Of a stretch of DNA of 64,000 nt, positions 9,795-18,736 are shown in pieces. The DNA comes from Dehalococcoidia bacterium. Its GTDB lineage: Bacteria > Chloroflexota > Dehalococcoidia > Lucifugimonadales > UBA3495. The notes under the pieces are model-generated. The model searched no databases and had not been told where the DNA came from. It saw only the letters and a program-made list of their open reading frames with translations. The translations under genes were made by a program, and so were the position numbers. The stretch is from positions 3,281,603 to 3,345,602 of the forward strand of contig OZ244879.1 of NCBI GenBank assembly GCA_965221295.1, written 5' to 3'. Position 1 is the stretch's first letter. Each line of letters begins with the position of its first letter.

Positions 9795-10392
9795 GTCCTG
9801 GGTGAACGGCCGTTGGTTGTGGTCGACGAGATTGCCGCGCTTCGCTCGCAATGACAGTGGAGGCTGGGCGCTGGCGTTCCCCCAACTGTCATTGCGAGGA
9901 GCGCCTCTTTATCTGTCATTGCGAGGAGCGCCAGCGACGCGGCAATCCCGGCGCCTGGGCGAACGGCCGCCAGGCGTCGATGCCGAGCGGCCGTTGGTTG
10001 TGATCAACGAGATTGCCGCGCTTCGCTCGCAATGACAGTAAAAGAACGCTCGCAATGACAGCAAAAAGGGATCGCAATGACGGCGGCAAAGGGCGGGGGC
10101 GCCTCCCACAACTGCCATTGCGAGGAGCGCCAGCGACGCGGCAATCCCGGCGCCTGGGCGGACGGCCGCCGGGCGTCGATGCCGAGCGGCCGTTGGTTGT
10201 GATCAACGAGATTGCCGCGCTTCGCTCGCAATGACAGTGGGTGTGGATCGCTATGACCGTAGCAACCGTCATTGCGAGGAGCGTTAGCGACGCGGCAATC
10301 CCGGCGCTTGGGCGAACGGCCGCCGGGCGTCGATGCCGAGCGGCCGTTGGTTGCGACCGACGAGATTGCCGCGCTTCGCTCGCAATGACAGT
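9795..10392. repeat. Cluster of about 4 copies (plus fragments) of a ~125-bp MITE/REP-like palindromic element
   Basis: Units are bounded by TGTCATTGCGAGGAGCG..GACGCGGCAATC and GAGATTGCCGCGCTTCGCTCGCAATGACA, which are imperfect inverted repeats of each other. Full copies lie near 9906-10035, 10105-10235 and 10265-10390. Confidence 0.85.
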
Positions 10393-10447
10393 GTGAGGGT
10401 AGGCGCTCGATGCAACAAGTCTCCTCAACCCTTGCCGACGGCGCCGG

Positions 10448-11968
10448 TCACAGGCCGCTGATTTCAAGCGTTCTAACCGCGTCGGCCTCGAAGTCGGCCA
10501 CGCGAATGGCGTGGTTGTTGGTGTCCGCGATGTACAGCAGAGGTTGACGGCCATTTTCGAAGACCGCGAAACTCAATCCGCTGGGCTCGCTGAAGGTCGC
10601 CAGTTTACCCGCGCCGTCGTGCAATCCCATGGCGCCGGAGCCCAGAACGGTTTGCGCCGAACGGGTCAGGGGCAGAATTTTCTTGATCTTGTGGTTGTAG
10701 GTGTCGGCGACGAACAACTCGCCCTGATGCCACTCGATGCCAATCGGATGCTGGAGGCGGACGTTGTGTTCCACCCCGTCGCGGTCGCCGAAGGCGAACA
10801 GGTCGATGCCCACCAACGTTGCCACCCGTCCGGTCGCCGGGTCGATGCCGGCGCTGCGCACACTGCTGGTTTCGGAGTCGGCGAAATATAGGATGGGGTC
10901 GCCGCTCCGGTCGTTGCCCACGACGATGCCGCTGGGCTGGGCCAGTGTCGCCTGCGCCAGTGGTCCGTTGTCGATGTTTTCGCCGCCCGTGCCAGCATGT
11001 GGACACACGGCGCCGTCGGCCAGCGACAACCGCCACAGCTGGTGTGTCCCAGCCATGGCGATGTAGAGGATGTCTTGGTGGTGGGCCAGATCCCAAGGAC
11101 TGCTGAGCGCGACCTGCGTACCTGGTCCCGCGGCGCGGCGGTCGTGTCCCTGTTGGCCCGTGCCGGCCACGGTGTCCACGATGCCGGCGCTGAGGTTGAC
11201 GCGGCGGATGGCGTGGTTCTCGGTGTCGGCTACGTAGAGGGCATCGCCCACCAGCTCCATCCCCTGTGGGTGGTTGAAGGCCGCGGTGGCATAACTGCCG
11301 TCTGCGAAGCCCTCGGCGCCGGATCCAATTGTGGCCTGCGTTTGTCCGTCCAGATCGGTGATCACGATGCGGTTGTGGTTGGTGTCGGCGATGAACAAGC
11401 GGTTGCCAGGGCCGTCGGCCAGAACCTTGCCGGGGAAGGCCAGGGGCGTGTCCTGAGCTTCCTCAGGCGTCAGGCCCAAGTCGCGTCGGTCGATCAGGCC
11501 TTGTTCGTCGAATTCGGCGATCATACGCCCCAGCAAGTCATCGAAAGCCTCGTAGGGCAGCTCGCCTTCATGTTTGCCGATGACCTTTCCCTCGGGGTCA
11601 ACGAACATCAGCGTGGGCCAGGCTCTACAGGCGTACTGCCGCCACACCTCGAACTCGGCGTCGTTGACGATGGGATGCTTGAGTTCGTAGCGTTGGGCCG
11701 CCAACAACACGTTGTCGGCGTATTTTTCGTTGGGGAATTTGGCGGAATGCACGCCAATGACCACCAACTCGTCCGCGTATTTTTCTTCCATTTTCCGCAA
11801 CTGCGGAAACACGTGGACGCAGTTGATTCAACAGTAGGTCCAGAAGTCCAGGATGACCACCTTGCCGCGCAGGTCGGCCATGCTGAGCGGCCGGTCGGTG
11901 TTGATCCATTCGACGCTGGCGGGGAAATCCGGCGCGTTGACGGCGCCGGCGAAAGAACGGGTGGCCAT
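10448..11968 (-). CDS. Thioredoxin-like domain + NHL-repeat beta-propeller protein (NHLRC2-like), predicted selenoprotein
   Basis: ATG at 11968 with GGAGG 9 nt upstream. The frame stays open through one in-frame TGA (11830-11828) inside FWTYC-U-INC. The C-terminal part has repeated NHL motifs (ADTNNHAIR-like). Confidence 0.75.
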
Positions 11969-11983
11969 GGGTTGATTCCTCCA

Positions 11984-12036
11984 GGGGTGATCTATTGCCG
12001 GGGTGATCTATTGCCGGGGTGAGCTATTGTCTGGGG
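11984..12036. repeat. 3 x 16-bp tandem repeat in the 76-nt spacer upstream of the selenoprotein gene
   Basis: GGGGTGATCTATTGCC occurs twice, then GGGGTGAGCTATTGTC, then a partial TGGGG. Confidence 0.9.
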
Positions 12037-12044
12037 TTCCGGCG

Positions 12045-12854
12045 CTAATCGGCGCGGCCTTGTCGCACCGCCCGGGCGCGCTCGATGATGCGTCCGGCGT
12101 CGGCGACGGTGCGCTCCCGGTAGTCGGGCTGATCGGTGAGCAGGGGCTGCGCCCGCTCTTTTTCTTGCTCATACTCCTGCTCTCCCGCATACGCGGAATA
12201 GATGTCGGGCGATATACTGAGCTGGAACCCGCGCAGTTCTTGGTCAACGCGGCGAATATGGCCCAACAGGTGTCCTATATCGTGGGTGCGCCGGTAGCGG
12301 ACGCTGTGGGCCTCTAGCAGGGCTTTCATCCCATGCTCCAACGCCGCCTGCGCCTGTTGACCGATGAGCAGATCAACGCGACCCAAGTCGATCAAGTCCA
12401 AGAAAGCCGTCAGGTGCGATTCAGCGTGCAGGAGCCGGTTGTTGTAGTTCCTCCAGTCGTACTCGTACTCCGTCTCCATATCGTCCGCGTCGCGGTTGTG
12501 GTATTCCTCCGGGTTCTGCGTCATTATCACCCCGTCGAACAGAGCCTGAGTAGCAACGTGGTTGATGTATCGTTGGCCCTTGCTGAACCTATCCGCCGAG
12601 AACCAAACCAGTTGAACCGGTACCCGGCGTCCGTAGGTGGCCCGGACGACGCCTTCGGCCCACTCCTCAACCGATCCTTTGTACTCCCGGTCGGGCTCTG
12701 TGGCCTGCACCAGCATGATGTCAATGTCGGAACGGCTCTCTTCGTAGTCGCCCCGGGCCCGGGAGCCGAACAGGATGGTGGCCAGCGGCCGCTCCCGTTC
12801 GTGGACGGCTTGCGCGACGCTCAAGGCGCGCTGGTCGCAGGTAGTTGCGGTCAT
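12045..12854 (-). CDS. Fused minimal nucleotidyltransferase (MNT) + HEPN domain protein
   Basis: The N-terminus has LFGSRARGD...SDIDIML (GS-x-RGD, DxD). The C-terminus has an R-x4-H motif (RYRRTHDIGH) in a helical region. Confidence 0.7.
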   Translation of the reverse strand: MTATTCDQRALSVAQAVHERERPLATILFGSRARGDYEESRSDIDIMLVQATEPDREYKGSVEEWAEGVVRATYGRRVPVQLVWFSADRFSKGQRYINHVATQALFDGVIMTQNPEEYHNRDADDMETEYEYDWRNYNNRLLHAESHLTAFLDLIDLGRVDLLIGQQAQAALEHGMKALLEAHSVRYRRTHDIGHLLGHIRRVDQELRGFQLSISPDIYSAYAGEQEYEQEKERAQPLLTDQPDYRERTVADAGRIIERARAVRQGRAD

Positions 12855-12870
12855 GACGGAACCCGCGTAG

Positions 12871-13395
12871 CTATCGCGGCGGCTGGGACTCGAAGGCCAG
12901 GGTAGCGTAGCGCATGAAGATGGCGCCCACGGGTTCGCCCAACGGAGCGTTGGCGACCAGCACGGCGATGACGTGCTCCTTGCCCGGTTCGCCCGGCTCT
13001 TCCACCAGCACCCGCTTGGGGGTATTGTTGCCGGTCACCACGCCGATGTTGCGGTCGATCTTGCCATCGATGAACACCTCGCCGTAGTTATCCACGTTGG
13101 TCTCGAACCAGACGCGACAGGTGGACACGTCCTGCCCCTTGACGGTCTCGGGCATGGTGAAGCGCAGGCGATACCAGGCGAAGGTGAAGCCGACGGAGTA
13201 GCGCTTCTGGAAGTCGGCGCCGCTCTCCCAATCGGAGTCATCGTAGTCGGGCAGGCGGGCGTCGCTGCCCAGCTTTTCGGCGACCAGGCCCTGGTTTGGT
13301 TCGCCGGGCTCCAAACCCTGGGCGACGCGCCAGCCGTCGGACTTGATGACGGCCAGGTCAGTTTGTTGTTCAAGGTCAAGCGCAACTCTGGGCAT
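12871..13395 (-). CDS. Hypothetical protein, possibly with a galactose-binding-domain-like fold
   Basis: 174-aa ORF 16 nt upstream of the MNT-HEPN gene. The WYRLRF...VWFETNVDNYGEVFIDGK pattern resembles the GH2 N-terminal sugar-binding domain. Confidence 0.5.
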   Translation of the reverse strand: MPRVALDLEQQTDLAVIKSDGWRVAQGLEPGEPNQGLVAEKLGSDARLPDYDDSDWESGADFQKRYSVGFTFAWYRLRFTMPETVKGQDVSTCRVWFETNVDNYGEVFIDGKIDRNIGVVTGNNTPKRVLVEEPGEPGKEHVIAVLVANAPLGEPVGAIFMRYATLAFESQPPR

Positions 13396-13561
13396 GGGGG
13401 GTCTCCTTACAAGGTGAAATATGGGGCATTATACGCTATGGGCACTCAGTGCTGAGGAGCGCAGTGAACCGGCTCTTTTGTGCTACCATCAGCCCAACCG
13501 GAATTCGCTGGCTCTGCTGATGCTATGCGTCTGGCCACCAAATGGACGAGGAGGGTGAACG

Positions 13562-15136
13562 ATGAAGAAAGCGCTCAAAATCCTAGCCGCCGGCGTGGTA
13601 GGGTTTGCTATCACGCTCATCTTTGTTTCAGTTTTGGCAATTTTGATCTTAGCTAATCTGGTACCAGTGGGTGATGTCTGCCACAGAATAAACGTGCCAG
13701 CATTCCTAACTCCTTTGTGCAGTGAGATCGACGCCCCGGGGGCGGCCTACCTTTTTGCTGTAGGTGGCGTCGTGGCAGGGATCGTCCTGCTGCGCGTTGC
13801 TTCTGGTGCAAAAGGATTGGCGGTTGTCATCACGTTATGCATAGCCACGTTGTCGGGAGCCGTTTACCTAGCGGTGCCGTTAGATCGCGATTTCCTCGGG
13901 GCGGATTATGTTCGCTCCGCAACCTATGCCGTTACTGACTCGTTGAACCAGCGTTCGCCGACCGTGACGCCGATGGGCTCGCTGGCTGATAAGAGTGTGA
14001 CCATGCCGGTGCAACAACGGCCTACTGCTATGCCTACTCGCCGGTTCGCGTCCAGGTCGGCTTGGCGTCCGCCCACACCACAAGAGTTAGCCACGTTGAA
14101 AAAGCTGATGCTGGAATTAACCAACGAGGAACGGGCCAGGCATGGCGCTCAGCCGGTCAAACTAGGCAACAATCAATCGCCGCAAACCCACGCAGAGCAG
14201 GCCCTGGTAAATTGTTATTCTTCACATTGGGATATGTGGGGAATGAAACCGCTGTATCGCTACACCCTAGCCGGTGGCGACCAATACACTGCTGAAAACG
14301 TCAGCGGGATCGACTATTGTCCCAAAACCAGCGATAATTTTCGCGTCAATTGGCAAGAACATTGGGAAAACGATGTGCGTGAAACTGTCGCTGGCTGGAT
14401 TGACAGTCCCGGGCATCATCGCAACCTCGTCGATCATCGGCACACGGTTATGCATGCCGGCATCGCTATCGGCAAATATGGCAACTCAAACATGGTACAG
14501 GTGTTCAGCGGCGACTACGTAACCTGGACCGAAAAGCCGGGCATCAGCGATGCCACGCTGACCGCGACAGGCCGGATATACAATGCCTTTTGGGACAAAA
14601 ATGGCAACTATGCCATGGCCGGTATCTCGTATCACCCACCAACACACTTACTCAGTCCAGGCCAGTTGGCTGGAACATATTGCTTGGAGCCTGACATTTA
14701 TGTGGGATCGTTGTCCGCTCCCTTGAAAGAAAGAGAATATTACATCGACCGCGAGACCGGGCGCCAGTACACGGATTACACTACGTACACCAGAAATAAC
14801 AAACAATGCGTGAATCCTTATGAACTGCGGCCGGACAGGCCTGCGCCGTCTTCGTGGGATGCGGCCAACGTACAGTACCGCGCCGCGGTAGAACTATCCC
14901 AAGTGATGCCGAGAGAGGAAAGCGTTGTGTATTCGGTTGTATCGGAACAATTGGACATCAGCCCGGAAGGTAATCAATTTGCGATTCGCGCCGACTTGTC
15001 ACCCATCCTGTCGCACTACGGCCCAGGCATATACACCTTGACCATCTGGGCCACCACACCGTCCGGTAAATTTAATCCTGTGGCGCAATATCCGATATGG
15101 TGGCATACTGAACCTACGATGGGACATCCTTATTGA
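13562..15136 (+). CDS. Membrane-anchored CAP/SCP (PR-1-like) domain protein
   Basis: N-terminal hydrophobic helices. The central region has NEERARHG...GWIDSPGHHRNL, typical of the CAP domain. GC is visibly lower than in the flanks. GAGGAGGG lies upstream of the ATG. Confidence 0.75.
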   Translation: MKKALKILAAGVVGFAITLIFVSVLAILILANLVPVGDVCHRINVPAFLTPLCSEIDAPGAAYLFAVGGVVAGIVLLRVASGAKGLAVVITLCIATLSGAVYLAVPLDRDFLGADYVRSATYAVTDSLNQRSPTVTPMGSLADKSVTMPVQQRPTAMPTRRFASRSAWRPPTPQELATLKKLMLELTNEERARHGAQPVKLGNNQSPQTHAEQALVNCYSSHWDMWGMKPLYRYTLAGGDQYTAENVSGIDYCPKTSDNFRVNWQEHWENDVRETVAGWIDSPGHHRNLVDHRHTVMHAGIAIGKYGNSNMVQVFSGDYVTWTEKPGISDATLTATGRIYNAFWDKNGNYAMAGISYHPPTHLLSPGQLAGTYCLEPDIYVGSLSAPLKEREYYIDRETGRQYTDYTTYTRNNKQCVNPYELRPDRPAPSSWDAANVQYRAAVELSQVMPREESVVYSVVSEQLDISPEGNQFAIRADLSPILSHYGPGIYTLTIWATTPSGKFNPVAQYPIWWHTEPTMGHPY

Positions 15137-15565
15137 CAAGAAATTGGACATCCGCACCAGCTCGGGTTTCGATTCGTGCTCCAACTACGGGGTCCACGAA
15201 GGGCTACAACACTTGCTCGGCGGGTTCAATGGGAACGGCCTACGCGGATGTATGATCCTCTTTGCTGTAGGTAAACACTATGCCTTTTGCGATCGTCGCC
15301 CCTTTCCCCAGAAATGCGTCTCTGTCAATCCTCAAGCATTGAATTTCGGTAGAATTCGTCCCGTCCAGCGGCGGGCTAAAACTATCACGCGAACGTTGCG
15401 CTGGCTTGGCGGTTGCTTGCCAGGCTACCTCGTCGTAAGGCGGAATCACCGCACGCAACCTACAGGTTTAGCTCGCCTGCAGAAATTATCAGGATCGAAG
15501 CCGTCCATTTGGGGTGCGGCTCCGATCCTGCCATCGCGGATCACGGAAAATTCCGGCGCTGCTCT

Positions 15566-16291
15566 TTACCCCTTCAGGTGCTTGGCGAAGAACTCTAGGG
15601 TGCGGGGCCAGGAGCGGTCGGCGGCTTCCTTTTGGTAGCGCGGGCCGGTGAAGTCCATGAAGGCGTGGTCGGCGTCGCGGTACACGTAGAATTGATGGTC
15701 CTTGCCCAGCCGGTTCAATTCCTCGTCGAACTTGCGCATATCGTCTTGGGACGGATTTTCGTCAACTTCGCCGAAGTGGAACAGCATGGGGCAGTTGATG
15801 TTGGCAGCCAACTCGAAGGGAGGCGTTTCGCCGGCGCCCCAGGTGACCAGCAGATTCCCGCCGTAGTAGGGAGCAACCGCGTTGAAGTGGGGGTTGCTGG
15901 CCGCGGCCAGCCAGGCCACGCGGCCTCCCATGCAGAATCCGGTCACGCCGATGCGGTCGGACACGGCGTCGTGGTTGCGCAGCCAGTCCACGGTGGCGTT
16001 GACGTCGGCGACAATGTCGGGGTCGCTGAGCACGTCCCAGGGCCGCGGACGGGGGTCGGCGTTCATCACCTCGTCGGAGTTGCGGTGGTAGAGATTGGGG
16101 GCGACGGCGGCGTAACCTTCAGCGGCCAGGCGGTCGCAGATGGCGCGGATGAATTCGTCCACACCGCCGCCGTGCTGGGCCACGACCACTGCGGGATATG
16201 GCGCGGTGAAGCCGGCGCTGCTGCTGGGCACGCTGGCGTACATGTCCATTTCGCTGCCGTCAACGGTGAGCTTTTCCCAGAAACTTGCCAT
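15566..16291 (-). CDS. Dienelactone hydrolase family protein
   Basis: GFCMGG nucleophile elbow and C-terminal DADHAF. The start was trimmed to the ATG at 16291, which has GGAGG 8 nt upstream. Confidence 0.85.
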   Translation of the reverse strand: MASFWEKLTVDGSEMDMYASVPSSSAGFTAPYPAVVVAQHGGGVDEFIRAICDRLAAEGYAAVAPNLYHRNSDEVMNADPRPRPWDVLSDPDIVADVNATVDWLRNHDAVSDRIGVTGFCMGGRVAWLAAASNPHFNAVAPYYGGNLLVTWGAGETPPFELAANINCPMLFHFGEVDENPSQDDMRKFDEELNRLGKDHQFYVYRDADHAFMDFTGPRYQKEAADRSWPRTLEFFAKHLKG

Positions 16292-16430
16292 GACGAAACC
16301 TCCTGTTGGCGTCGGGTTTGCAGCCGACATACGAGCGAATGGTCTTCGCCCCTACCATAACATAAACTCGGCGCCGGGCCATCCTCCACCGCCAGTTTCA
16401 GAAGCGCTTCGGCTGTCGCTGGAAGAAGCC

Positions 16431-16900
16431 AACGACCGTTGGTTGCGATCGGCGAGATTGCCACGGCCTTCGGCCTCGCAATGACAGACCGCGGCAACTG
16501 TCATTGTGAGGAGCGACAGCGACGCGGCAATCCCGTTGCTTGGGCGAACGGCCGCCGGGGCGGGGGCGGACGGGCGTTGGCTGCGGACGACGAGATTGCC
16601 GCGCTGCGCTCGCAATGACAGACCGTGGCAACTGTCATTGCGAGGAGCGCTAGCGACGCGGCAATCCCGATGCTTGGTTGAACGGCCGCCGGGGCTGGGG
16701 CGAACGGCCGCTGGTTGCGGACGACGGGATTGCCGCGCTTCGCTCGCAATGACAGGGGGAGGGCGCTCGCAATGACAGGAGGAGGGCGCTCGCAATGACG
16801 GTTGGGAGGGGATGCTCTCAAAGGCAGGGAGAGGGAATGCTCGCGATGACAGGGAGAGGGCGCTCGCAATGGCGGTTGGGAGAGGGCGCTCCCAATGACG
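16431..16900. repeat. Second cluster of the MITE/REP-like element, plus about six 22-27-bp tandem half-element units
   Basis: Two full elements lie at about 16431-16760. They are followed by repeated GGGAGAGGGCGCTCGCAATGAC units at 16754-16900. Confidence 0.85.
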
Positions 16901-17064
16901 GCGACAGCCGACTTCACCCGTGGTGAGCGGCGTTCGCAAGGACGTTTGCGGCCGCCTGCCGCAGGTGCAGTGAATGGGCCAAATTTCGTTATGGTATGAT
17001 GTTCTGAAAGTTTCACGTTTTCTGCACTGAAGCGCCAGCCGCTCCCCGATGACTAGAGGTTACG

Positions 17065-17505
17065 ATGCCCCGGTTGACTCCACAGGAAGTTGACGACTAC
17101 CTTGCCGGTCCCCATGTGGGCCATTTCGCCTCTATCCGGCGAAACGGCGGCCCCCATATCTCGCCGGTTTGGTATCAATGGCGCGCCGGCAGCGAACCGG
17201 GCACCGGCGTCATAACCGTAGTATCCGGCGAATCCGCCGTCAAAACCCGCAACGTTCGCCGCAACCCCAAAGTATCCCTCTCCGTCGCCACCGACGAATG
17301 GCCCTATCAATACGTGATTCTCGAGGGCGACGCCACGGTGACCACGGACGACATCAGGGAGGCGGTGCGCTCCATATTTTCCCGTTATGAGGGCGCTGAG
17401 CGCGGAGAAGAAGACGCCAACGAGCTGACCCAGGGCGGTCAGCAGCTGGTGGCCATCGTGATTCACGTCAAGCGCATCCTATCCTGGAAGGGAGATGTTG
17501 AGTAA
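17065..17505 (+). CDS. Pyridoxamine 5'-phosphate oxidase family (PPOX-class, possibly F420-dependent) protein
   Basis: 146 aa. The pattern HVGHFASIRRNGGPHISPVWYQW is typical of the split-barrel PPOX class. Confidence 0.75.
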   Translation: MPRLTPQEVDDYLAGPHVGHFASIRRNGGPHISPVWYQWRAGSEPGTGVITVVSGESAVKTRNVRRNPKVSLSVATDEWPYQYVILEGDATVTTDDIREAVRSIFSRYEGAERGEEDANELTQGGQQLVAIVIHVKRILSWKGDVE

Positions 17506-18691
17506 CGCGATACCCAACGCGCCGGCCACCGCCGACGCCGTTATAGTCGGCGGCGGCGTGATCGGCTGCTCTATCCAGTATCATCTGGCCAGGCTGGGGG
17601 TGACCAACACGGTCCTACTGGAACGCGATGTCTTGGCGTCCGGCAGCACCGGCCGTTCTCAGGCCATCTGCCGGATGCACTATTCCAATCGAATCACCAC
17701 CCAGTTGGCGTGGCAGAGCCTACAGGTATTCGCCGATTTCGACGAACGCGTGGGTGGAACGTCCGGGTTCGTGCGCACCGGCTACCTGGTAGTGGTCAAC
17801 GAGGCGGATCAGGACGGACTGGAACGCAACGTCGCCATGCAGCAGGAACTGGGGGTGCCCACGTCGGTGGTATCCCAGGACGACCTGTCCCAGGTGGCGC
17901 CCATGGTCACGCTGTACAATGACGAACGGGCGGCCTGGGAACCCAATTCCGGCTACGCCGACCCTTACCAGGTTACTGTCGCGTACGCGGCCCGAGCCCG
18001 GGAGGCTGGCGCGCGCATCCTGACGCGCAACCCAGCGGCGGGAATCGAAGCGCAAAGCGGCAGAGTGCAGGCCGTCGTCACCACCGCCGGCGACCGCATT
18101 GCGACAGAAACCGTAATTGTGGCCGCCGGCCCCTGGTCCAGGCGCGTGCTCGCCGGCGTGGGAGTCGAAGCGCCGCTGATCCCCGTGCGCCACCAGGTCG
18201 CCACCGTCGCGCGGCCCATCGAAGCCGTTCCCCATCATCCCACGGTGGGCGACATCAGCCAGTCCTTCTCCTTCCGACCCGACGGCTCCAACTTCACCAC
18301 CATGGGCTTCGGGGATGACGAGGAAGAATCCGACCCTGAAATCTACCCTCAGGGGCTGGAGATGCCACAGGCGGCGGCCGCCCGCGCCAAGCTGGGCCGG
18401 CGGGTTCCCGGAATGTCGGACGCGTACTACAGGGGCGGTTGGTCGGGTCTTTTCACCACCACGCCAGATTGGCATCCCATTTTGGACGCGACGCCCGGCG
18501 TGGGAGGGCTATACTGCGCCATCGGATTCAGCGGCCATGGGTTCAAGTTGTCGCCAGCGGTAGGCAAATCCGTCGCCGAGTTGGTGGTGGAAGGAAGGGC
18601 ACGGGACGTTGACCTGGCGCCTCTGCGCTTCACCCGGTTCGCCGAAAACGACCTGCTCCAGTCCAGCTACCGCTACCGGGTGCTGGCGTGA
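17495..18691 (+). CDS. FAD-dependent oxidoreductase (DAO family; sarcosine oxidase beta / D-amino-acid oxidase-like)
   Basis: Dinucleotide-binding motif VIVGGGVIGCS. 398 aa. Overlaps the PPOX gene by 11 nt. Confidence 0.85.
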   Translation: MLSNAIPNAPATADAVIVGGGVIGCSIQYHLARLGVTNTVLLERDVLASGSTGRSQAICRMHYSNRITTQLAWQSLQVFADFDERVGGTSGFVRTGYLVVVNEADQDGLERNVAMQQELGVPTSVVSQDDLSQVAPMVTLYNDERAAWEPNSGYADPYQVTVAYAARAREAGARILTRNPAAGIEAQSGRVQAVVTTAGDRIATETVIVAAGPWSRRVLAGVGVEAPLIPVRHQVATVARPIEAVPHHPTVGDISQSFSFRPDGSNFTTMGFGDDEEESDPEIYPQGLEMPQAAAARAKLGRRVPGMSDAYYRGGWSGLFTTTPDWHPILDATPGVGGLYCAIGFSGHGFKLSPAVGKSVAELVVEGRARDVDLAPLRFTRFAENDLLQSSYRYRVLA

Positions 18692-18736
18692 CGGACGGTT
18701 GAAGACGGCAGTGTATCGTCTGAGGAATAGCCTGTC

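Noticed and set aside
9595-10392. tRNA-Gly followed by repeats, considered as a genomic-island integration site.
   Set aside because: There is no integrase, no duplicated tRNA 3' end, and the adjacent DNA consists only of MITE-like elements.
9916-10554. ORFs of 100-250 aa running through the repeat clusters (9916-10554, 16352-16939, 16501-17016, 43670-44434 and the 103-aa series at 43269-43888).
   Set aside because: They are translations of the palindromic element in either orientation. The same peptides (…ASEARQSRR…, …SLRGAPATRQSRRLG…) recur wherever the element occurs.
10448-11812. Reading the thioredoxin/NHL gene as N-terminally truncated or as a pseudogene split by a stop codon.
   Set aside because: The single interrupting codon is TGA exactly at the first Cys of the redox CxxC. 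The upstream segment has a good ATG and SD. A hairpin follows the TGA, and selD in the same window shows the same feature. Sec recoding is the more economical explanation, although it is unproven.
15240-15458. 72-aa minus-strand ORF in the 430-bp gap after the CAP-domain gene.
   Set aside because: It has no SD and no recognisable motif, and neighbouring frames are broken. At most it is a decayed remnant.
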